From NCBI GenBank assembly GCA_965178125.1, contig OZ237768.1, positions 372,001-436,000 of the forward strand: a stretch of 64,000 nt of DNA, written 5' to 3'. Origin of the DNA: Bilabrum cf. latius. Taxonomy: Eukaryota. Of the stretch, positions 51,254 to 61,166 are shown piece after piece (position 1 is the first letter of the stretch; each line of letters begins with the position of its first letter). The position numbers and the translations under genes were made by a program. The notes under the pieces are model-generated. The model saw only the letters and a list, made by a program, of their open reading frames with translations. It ran no database searches and was not told the DNA's origin.

Positions 51254-52571
51254 GCCTGCAAGTCTGAGGTTGACGCGGCCGCGGGTGGCAAGTTTGTGTC
51301 AACACTGGCAAATGCGCAGTGCATAATGCCATCAGTGATGCACTGCGTCACGCCCGCCGGCCGCCGGCCCGCCGGGCGGCGTGCCAGTGGCCGCCACTGG
51401 TACAGCGGAACCTACTAAAATGTGCCCAAGCTGAACTTTCTGCTCAGGTACGGGACAATTTCGGCCAAGCCGATTTGTGTTTGAAGTGCCAGTGGGTTTG
51501 CCGGGAATTCAGCGATCGCGCCCGAGCAGAATGTAAGGCTCGGGCGCCGAGCACCTCAGGCTGCGCCCGAGCCGGAGTTTTTCTTCTTTTCGTTTCGAGC
51601 ACGTGAAATTTGCTATTTATCTGGCTGTTTGCTTGGTAGATTGAGTTGGCGTCGCCGCCGGTGTGCATTTCGACCGAGCAGCGGTCGGAGGCTTTCACCG
51701 CAACACACGCAATTCTGCTCGTACAATGTACCGCAACACACGCAATTCTAGCGTTCTTTGACTCAATGAATCGATCATTCCTCTAAAGGGGAAGCACTTG
51801 TTCGGCTTGCGCGGGAGTCGCGCCCTATCCGTCGGCCATGGCGTACAACTCGCGACTGCGCTTGCTGCCAATCTGGGCAGCCCCACCCAGGCCGGGCCGC
51901 GGCTTGCGCGCTAGCCCGTCTCCGCCAGGGTCACTTCCCCCCGCCCCGATATCGCCCCCAAAACAAGACGCTTTGTGGCTTACGCTGGGCGAGAAGCTGC
52001 TCTTCCTGTCCATCATCCCGACATCAGTGGAAGGGATGCTCGTGGCATCCAGGTCGACCGAGCCATCCGGCTGCCTGGGTAGCTGATCATCCACTGGCCC
52101 CAGTGCGTCGTGCTCGTTGGCATACGACTGTATGCCACGTGCTTGCCTCCCCATCCTCTTCCTGCTGCTGCCACCCATCTCCTCTTCGTCCATGCCCCTC
52201 ACTCCCCTGGCGGCCAGCCCAGGAAGGCCCTAGAGTGTGCAGCCATCCAGGACCAGCCCATCCCACCTGCCACCACGATGCTGGCTTCCTTGCGACTCGG
52301 AACGGACGTATTCAGCACGAGCTCCTCCCTGCTGCTGCTGCTCCTGCTAGAGTGGGTGGGACACGAAAGCTGTCTTGGAGCTGCACGCAGATGCCTGATC
52401 CAGCCACCGCCTACCACGGTTGTCCCCAGCTCCAGGCTCTGCAGTACAGTGCAGTGTCAACCCATCCAAAGAGCCAACTGCCTCGAAACGGCATAGCCGA
52501 CCCCGGAAAGGCTTCCGGTCTGTCTTTCTTGCCGACCACTGCGTCAGCACGTCAAACTCAGATCTGCAGGG

Positions 52572-54251
52572 ATGCGATCAATTGTTTCTTTGTTGGTAGC
52601 TCTCGCCGCCTGTTCGGCGGTCAGTGTGAACGGGCGACGAGCAACAGGCCAGCAGCACCTTCGCAGCACTGGCTCTACGTCGTCGGCCTCGGTCCGTGCC
52701 AGCAGCAGGCACTTGAGTGACGGGGTCTATCGATTTTATCCGGAATATGACAAACTTGACAGTTTGTATTGCGACGCGAGCGCCTTGGCAGCGAGAAAAA
52801 AGCCGGCAGAGGGCGACAGGCTCAGGAGAGGCGAGATTATGCATTCCGCAGGTGGCCCGCTGGATGACATCTTGACCAAGGATTCCATAACGGTGCGGGT
52901 TCTTTCTGACTGCAACCTGGTCGTCCAAGGCGAGAATTTGGCCAAAGAGGGGTATCTGTTCGTCTCGGACTTCCCCGGTCGGAAGGGCCCCTGCGCTCTT
53001 CTCTTGACGGATGCATCGTGCAGCACGCAGGGAGACCTGGCCATCATCAACACGGACACGGGCAAGTACCTCTGGCGGGTGCAATCCTCTGTCTTCACAC
53101 CCGAGGTAGACACGTTTCTGGTCCAGGGGGACGGCAATGCCGTTCTCCTTCAGGAAGGCGCGCATTTGCTGTGGAGCACAAAGGCTGAGGGGTCGGCGTT
53201 CAAGTTGGGGTTCCTCCACTTCGATCTGTAGGTACGGGAGGACGTGCACAGTCTGCAGTGCGATGCAGGGGCCATGCAATCGTCGTACCACCAAGTGACC
53301 GATGGCGACGTGCTGTCTCCGAAGCAGGTGCTGCGAGCCGGGGCCGCCCTGAAGGCGGGGAAGGGTGTCGAGCTGCGCATGCAGGGAGACTGCAACTTGG
53401 TGGTGTACCGAGGGGGCAAGGCGCGCTTTGCGACCAACACGAGGGGCAAGGGTACCGAGGGGAAGTGCGCACTCGTCATCACGGGGGACGGCTGCGACAC
53501 CCAGGGCGACCTGGCCATCGTGGACAGCGCCTCCGGGCAGTACATCTGGCGGGTGCCTGCCTCGCTGATGGACCCGGGTGCAGACACCCTTCGTCTGCAG
53601 GGAGACGGGAATGCCGTCCTGTTCCAGCGGGGGGGTGCAATCGCGTGGTCTGCGGGGTCGGCGGACCTGGATAGTCCTCACGACGACGAGACCTTTGGCA
53701 ACGGTCTCAAGACGGCGGCGCTGCAGGCAGCCATCGAAGGGGCGTCGCCGCCTCGATGCGACCCCCAGGCGCTTGCTAAGCGACCTGCCGCCAGCAGGAA
53801 CTAGCTGTGGGACTCCGAGGTGCTGGCCATGGGGAAGTCACTGCAAATGACCACACGCTATGACAATGCCTCCCTGACGGTGCAGGACGACTGCAACCTG
53901 GTGGAGACGGATAGGAGAGGTCGCATCAACTGGGATGCGGGTACCCAGGGTAAGGCCCAGAAATGCGCACTCGTCATCACGGAGGAGGATTGCGACCGAG
54001 TGGGAGATCTTGCTCTGGTGGACATGGACAGCGGGGCGTACCTGTGGAGCATCGACACGTCCTACATGCGACCCACGGCCAGGGTGCTGAAGGTCAATGA
54101 CAACACCCTGTCGCTGCGCCAGCATGCTACGCTCATGTGTATCTGGCAGTCGAATGCCGGTGACGGCTCCCCGCCCCCTGAACCAGAGGGACATCCTGAA
54201 CCCAAGTTCGAGAAGGCGTTCACATATTGGGGCAAGTCCCAGGATGCATGA
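52572..54251 (+). CDS. Secreted triple bulb-type lectin, copy 8
   Basis: Single frame with TAG at 53229 and 53802; ends TGA. Confidence 0.85.
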
Positions 54252-54891
54252 GGGGGTTATTTTTGTGTTGTGGTCGTGAAAGCACGGGCCGAAGTAGTGG
54301 ACAGGACGGCGTGCAGGAAACTCTGGACCACGGCGGTCACGACTTCGGAGCATTTTGAAAGCCTCTTTATTCCACGTCTTAACGTCGATGATATCGTGAC
54401 TTCCAAAAGAATTCAAGATAATCTGTCAGTCCTTAGCTCTTCTACCCCGAATGGAGGCGATCGACTGGAGAAATGCCAACCCCCACTCTTCGTGGCCTGC
54501 CTCTTCCGTTAATCATATTTCGAAGTCTAAGTGGCTACAGCTCGAATTCATCGCAACCTGGCTGTCATACATCTTCGAGATAGGCGCGCCATATCACTGT
54601 TACGCTTCGATGTCGTGGTAACTTCGGGTTGGGTTGACTAGAACGATTGGGGCCGGAACTCGATGGCGCCGCGTGCGCGGCGGTGTGGTGGCTCCGTTTT
54701 GCTCTAACTGCAACTGCGAGCAATTATCACACAAGAGACTAACAATCAGCAAGTTTGCATTTCACAGCGAACGATATCGTACTATGTTCCGCTACAGAAG
54801 AGTAGTGTACATTTGGGACTGATTTAAGGTTCCGCAAACGTGCGAGAGCCACACATCATTCCAAACGCAAAGTTGGGGGGCTCACTGGAAG

Positions 54892-56532
54892 ATGTGCGCA
54901 CAAGTCGGAGATATAGCGTCCGATCCAGGCTCTTCAACAATTAAACTACCAGTGACTGTTCTGTCGGGCATGCTGGGTGCCGGGAAGTCGACTCTACTGA
55001 AGCACATCCTGACCAACTAGGAGGGTATGAAGATTGCCGTCATCGTAAACGATATGAGCGAACTGAACATCGATAGCGAGGAGCTGAAGAAAGCTGGCAT
55101 CATCCGTAAAATTGAAGCAGAGATGGTCGAGATGCAGAATGGCTGCATCTGCTGCACGCTGCGAGACGACCTTCTCAAAGAAGTGTCTCGGCTAGCCGCA
55201 TCGAAGCAGTTTGACTACCTCGTGATCGAGTCCACGGGGATCTCCGAGCCAATTCCCGTGGCACAGACCTTTACCTTCACAGCCCCCGGCTTTGCGGGCC
55301 TGCCTGCCATCGCTAGGCTCGACACGATGGTCACCGTCGTGGATGCTGCCTCGATCTGGAGCGACTTTCAGAGCGGCGAATCACTCCTCGACCGCAAGCA
55401 GCAGGCCGGACCCGGCGACGAGCGCGAGATCAGCGACCTCATCTTGGACCAGCTCGAGCTAGCCGACGTCGTGCTAGTCAACAAGTGTGACGTGGTGAAG
55501 GAGAGCGAGGCAAGACAGGTCGAGACGTTCATCCGCAAGATCAACCCCAAGGCCAGGGTGCATCGCACTGTGCGATCCAACCTCCCGCTCAAAGAGGTCT
55601 TAGACACGGGCCTGTTCAACATGGAAGAGGCCCAAAAGCACCAGGGCTGGATCGAGGAGCTGCAGAACCCGCACCACACACCGGAGACCGAGGAGTACGG
55701 AATCTCTTCCTTCGTGTTCAGGACGCAGCGGCCCTTCCACAGCGAGAGGCTCCTGCGACTGCTGGCCCACTGGGTGAATAAAATCGCCACTCCCGTCCCT
55801 GGGGAGGAAGAGGAAGGTCTAGAGGGAGCCGGCGGGGAACAGGCTGCCGGTGCGGGCGCCGACGCGGGATCCGGGTCTGGCTCGGGTTCTGCTGCCATGG
55901 AGGACGGCGATGAAGATGAAGATGAAGATGAGAAAGGGGAAGTGAAGTAGGTGGAGGCCAAGGAGGAGGACGAGGAAGAAGGGGAGGACGAGGACGGCAT
56001 TGACATGCGTGACAGGCCAGAGGCACCTCCGGGCGGCCTGGCTGAGTCCATGGGATGCGTGCTCCGAAGCAAGGGCTTCGTGTGGATGGACACTCTCAAA
56101 GACTTCAACGTGTTCTGGTCGCAGTCCGGCAAGCTGCTGCAGGTAAGGGTGGGCGGGCCATGGTGGGCGTGCCTCCCTGACGAGAAGTGGCCCAAGGACG
56201 AGGACAGGCGCAAGGAGCTGAAGGAGGGCTGGGACAGGCGGTGGGGAGACAGGCGAACCGAGCTCGTCATGATCGGGAAGGACATGGACAAGGCCAAGGT
56301 TGCGGAGGCGCTGGAGTGGTGCCTCTGCACGGAGGAGGAGATGAAAGGGGGCTTCAGGGCACTGACGTCACACGAAGACACGCTGCTGGCAGGTGTGAAC
56401 AGGGAGGCGCTTGCCATGCAGATCGCCATGTGGCCGGCGGACGGTGATGAAGGAGAAGAAGAGGAGGAGGAGGAGGAGGAGGCTGGGGGAGGCGGTGCGA
56501 GCGCCCCAATGGAGTCCGGGGACGATGCTTGA
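54892..56532 (+). CDS. CobW/COG0523 (G3E) zinc-metallochaperone GTPase with acidic insert
   Basis: LPVTVLSGMLGAGKST (Walker A), TN[TAG]EGMKIAVIVNDMSELNID, GCICCT, IESTG, NKCD, ETEEYGISSFVFR, LRSKGFVW, WGDRRTELVMIG. TAG at 55018 and 55948; ends TGA. Confidence 0.93.
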
Positions 56533-56993
56533 GACCATGGGTACTCCTACTCGCGCCTGAACTGACTGTTCCACTGCTGCTGCTACTGTTTTGCTGCTAC
56601 AGTGGCGTTATGCCGCTCTTACTACTTACGTAACCTGATTTAGACCGCACTATCTTATCCACGACCATATCGATGCTTTTAAGCCCTTTCACACTAGCCC
56701 TGGATCCGGATCTAGGCCTAGATCTAGGCGAGTAAGGTCTGGATCCGGATCCGGAATCCGGATTCCGAAACGCATCAACTCGCGACCGCTACGGGGACCC
56801 AACAGCCAGGCGCAGGTCAATCCGAGGGTGCAGGGAACAAGAGGGAGCTAGTCATCCATCAAGGAGGTGAATCGCGATGGTGTTCGGGTTTCATAAAATA
56901 CATCCTGTATACCCGTATGGATGGCGCAAATCAACCTGATGGGACTGTGTTGTTATTGTGCGTATCCGATTGGCAGGTGCAAGAGGGTACTAC

Positions 56994-59900
56994 CCGGCGC
57001 CGTGAAAGGTCCGCCATTATTGGCATTCCGAGTCCCAAAATCGCGACCATCGTGCCTTTAGGCTCCCATTGCTCAGAACTGGACCAATTTCTTGGGTAAA
57101 TTTACATTGCAAAAATATCTAATGTAACATTTAAATGTAATGCTGTCCCAACGAAGCCATGCAATTCGCAGCATTAGACTGAAAACGAGTCGTGCTTGCG
57201 ACCACCATTTTTGGCGACCACCCCGAGCCCAAGATTTTACTCGCTGGCGAGGGGTGCCAGATGCACGCACCGTGTGCCGCCAAAAAAGCTTTTCTTTGGT
57301 TTCTATTGGTACTTAGTAGGTAAACACGTACTTTACAACATGTTATCAGGTCGCCAGGCTCATTCATTTGCAATCCAGCGAAATTTGGCTGCCATTCCAA
57401 CACACGTCGGTTCAAACGGTTCCAAAATTTGCAGGGCATTTATACCTTAGCGCAATAGACTTTTAACACACTGGCACTACTGTTGAGATACAAGGGTATT
57501 GAATGCAATATCATGTGGAGGATTCCGTCTAAGTTTGCGAGAAGAACGAGTGGGACGCGATAAAGTGGCTCCAGCGGCGCGTCCGAAGTTGGGTCTCGGG
57601 GTGCAAGTGCCCCTGGTGGGAGTGCCTCGTCTCGGCGTCACGAGCAGAAATCCGCCAAACTCAGGCTCATCGATCAAAGTGAGTACGGTATTATTTTGGT
57701 TGATGGAATTGCATGGGCTGTAGCCGGCTATTATCGGGGTACCGTACAATCTGCCGCAGAGGCACCGGAAGCCACGAATGTGGCACTCATTGACAGTATC
57801 CATGCATCCGTGGTATGCTTGACGAGGTGTTGGTTGAATAATCATTCCATGGTGATGTGGACGAGCTTAAATAATTATACAGAGGTATAATAGGGCCACA
57901 ATCGGGCTTGCGTCCTGTGCAGAATTGGCCATGCACGGTGTTGCTGCAAGGCCACTGATATCAGCCTTCATCGCTTATTTGTGCTTAGCCTTCGCAGAAG
58001 CATCTCAGTCAATCCCAAAATTCTCATTGGAGTCTTGTAAACCTATATCTAGCGTTTCGGTTGCTAGCAAGTAGTCAAGAAGCAGCCCGTCCCATGCGGC
58101 CAGTTCGAGCCGACGCGCCGGGTCCAAGCGTAAACGGCAAGAGGACAATGCAAATAAATCGACAAAAGATTATGATTTACGTGATTTGTTGGGCGAAGCA
58201 TAGGCCAGCGATGATGATATGGACTATGTCGGCGATTCAGACGAGGACGAGCCGGTATCCAGTCGGTCTGCAACTTTGAGCCGGCCTCCGGTGCAGCATC
58301 GTAGGAGGCAGTAGGCTCACCAAGCAAAGCGGCGCAGAATAGAGCAATATGAAAGTATGTTTCCTATGGACAAAATTGCATCGTTGGTTGATGAGCCTGA
58401 ATATAGGTACTTCTTGAATGACCGGGTTGTGATTGGCGGTGATGGGATCCCGATCGCTCGCACAGCGGCTACTCATGTGGCTGCTACTGAGTATGTCAAT
58501 GGCTGGATGACGGCTCATCATGAACAACCAATATCTCCAATACGCATTCTGTGCTCGCTGGTGCCTCTCGATATTGCATTTTCGTGGCGAGGCACTGCAG
58601 CGGCAGAGGTAGCTGGCCAGGCAGCCGGCCAGCCGGCAGCGACCAACCAATGGACATGCCAGTTGCCATGATGTTCCTGGCCGTGGCATTGACTCGGTCT
58701 CTCATTCGACCCCGGATACCTTTAGAATTGCTGCAATCAAAGTAGTTCCTGGTGCGCATGAAAGACGATATCGTAGTGCAAGACTGGAATCGGTTCCATC
58801 GAAACTTGTCTTTCGCCGGGAGGTTGCAGGAGGCTCCGGCACCCCTGCTGGCGGAGGAGCGCGCCACAATGAGGCTAGGGAGTGTGGGCAGTCCTCGCGA
58901 GCGGGTTCTCATAGAATATCCACCAGGCATGCTAGATGCAGTTTCAGAGTACTTTCGTGCGGCTACTTTGAGCCCAAAGAGCATCGCCGTCGATGAGATG
59001 ATGGTGATGGCGTACGGCCGAAATCGGGCATGTGTCATCATGCCGAACAAGCCCACATCGCATGGCTTTAAGCTATGGGCAGCTGCACGAAAAGACGGGT
59101 ATGTGTACCATTTGGATCTAGCAACATCTGTTGCCGATGATACACGATAGTACAGAGGGAAGGCTGAGTACTCGTATAAGGTAGCAACCGGCAGCGGTGC
59201 CGCTGCCGGGTAGCTGACCCGGATGGACCTGCAAACAGCAGCTGTTGCGTCGAAGGCAATGGGCAAAAACTTGAACGGGGGCCTCCTAGCGGTGGATAAC
59301 TACTTTACATCGGCTCCACTGTGTGATTGGGCCACCAGCAAAGGCCTTCGGGTTGTTGGCACGCTTCGCCAAGGCAAAGTGAGCGGTGAGCTGTACCACG
59401 CGATTGGCTAGCTGAACAGACGAACCCCAGGCGAACGCGGGCAGGCTGTGAAGCGCGCTCTTCTTGGGTCCAGCAAAGTATCTTTATGTAATGTAACAGC
59501 TGGTGATGTTTTTGATGCGAGTGAGCTTCCTGCGGGATCGCTGCTGGCCGAAGAGGACCTTGGCAGTCGGGGCCTGTTGAGCCCTGGCCAGACAGTAGCC
59601 TTTGACTCGCCAGATGATTCAGCTTATGGGATGCAAGTTTTTGGATACTGTGACCGCGCACCATTTCTTATGGCTTCTAACATTCCTACGAAGTACTTTG
59701 TTTGCTTGGTAAAGACGCTACGGAGAGATGGTGGCGACCTGAGTGTGGTGAACGCGCCCCTCGTGTCCGTCCTCTACAACAAGTACATGGGGGGTGTGGA
59801 TCTAGCTGACAAGTTCCGGACGCAACTTTCGCTAACAAATTCATTCCAGAGAGAGACTAGGGCATACTTAAGAGTGTGGGAAGGTTTAATGGAGCAAGTT

Positions 59901-60889
59901 ATCGTCAATACGTACATCATCTGGGTCAACTTGGAGGCACGTCGACTGCTACGCCACGGACCCACTCGTCGGCTAGCTGCTGGAGCTAGCAGCAAATCCG
60001 TTCAGGAACAGGTTTAGCACATGGTGCGGCATCAACAGGCTCGTGGTATGTTTGTGCAGCTGTTGTATGACGAATTGATGCGTCCTTACCGACATGCACG
60101 TGCAGGAACTCGCGGTGCTGCAACCTCAGCTGGGATGCGTGCGGAGGCGACCCCCGGGAACCTTGGATGTAGAAAGCAGCACGTGGTAGCTACGCTGCTG
60201 GGCTCGCTCCATTTGATTGGAAAGGAGTAGTTACAAGCAGGACTGATTAAATTTCTCAGTAGCGGACGATCAAAGAGCCGTCGAGTGGGGTGCAGCGCCA
60301 AGTGCAAGGGCTCCAGATGCAGCAAGCGGCAGCATCATTAGTCGGTTTCTTCCTATAAAGTGTGTTCACGCTGCTGCAAGTTCATTTGTGGGGATTGTAA
60401 AGAATCTCTGTATCATCTGGAAACAGGATTTGGCTGTGATGTAGATTAAGTTGATATAAATGCCAAGTAGATGGATGCACAAGAATCGGGTCACGAAGCA
60501 CGTAATTCATGGTAGGTCCACATTCGATTCAATATCTTGTAAACCGTTCGGTAACTTTTTTGCGCTAAGACTTATATATAATATAACCACCAATAAATTC
60601 AAAAAAGCTTGTTTATTTTGCAAGCATGCCTGCTTGGACAAACTTCTGCAGTATCAAAGTAGCCCTTCCTGAAAATCGAGCGTTTGGTTTCATGACCACC
60701 AAGTATACTATTGTCGCAAGTTTATCAATGAGTAACACTCGCAGTCGATAGTTAACTTATACAATTTTCAATATCTTGATATTATTTTAGGATTACTTGA
60801 ATGGTACGCGAGAATCGGTAAGGTGAATTGAAGGTACCGATATCGGCGATACCGGTCGGTCGGCCAAATCCGACCTTTCACGGCGCCGG
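56994..60889 (+). mobile_element. Full-length piggyBac-like DNA transposon (3896 bp)
   Basis: Perfect 18-bp TIR CCGGCGCCGTGAAAGGTC (56994-57011, inverted at 60872-60889), flanked by direct CTAC (56990-56993 and 60890-60893), enclosing a transposase. Confidence 0.9.
57931..60449 (+). CDS. piggyBac-family (DDE_Tnp_1_7-like) transposase with acidic N-terminus and C-terminal Cys-rich domain; one frame change (intron or frameshift) near 58610-58670
   Basis: AVDEMMV..GR...MPNKPTSHGFKLW, VDNYFTS, VGTLR, YNKYMGGVDLAD, CSRCCKFICGDC. TAG at 58072, 58201, 58312, 58743, 59148, 59211, 59409, 60015, 60228 and 60339. First TAA at 60447. Confidence 0.85.
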
Positions 60890-61166
60890 CTACTTGTCGT
60901 ATCGCGACTGTTCAAAACACAGTTCTGGGCAGTGGAAGCCCATAGCAACGACATGGACACCCCGCAGCTTGCGGTTGGTACCCCCAAAAACACCCCCACT
61001 GGAGCCTGGTTCATCGTGCACGAGGATGCATAGATCAACACACCCTGCTACCACGCGACTCGAACATCATCCAATCGAGGTGACGTCAACGAGTCAACCT
61101 GCGCAATCGCGTCATAAACTCACCACCAACTGGTGCCTCCCGTGATGAGGGTTGCCTCCTCCGGGT

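Noticed and set aside
8096-54251. Lectin copies as nonsense-riddled pseudogenes
   Set aside because: All 16 interruptions in the full copies are TAG, none is TAA/TGA, frames are preserved, and terminal TGAs align. Single-copy housekeeping genes show the same pattern.
57462-57475. TTAA-CAC as a canonical piggyBac left end
   Set aside because: No matching inverted end downstream. The 18-bp TIR pair at 56994 and 60889 explains the element.
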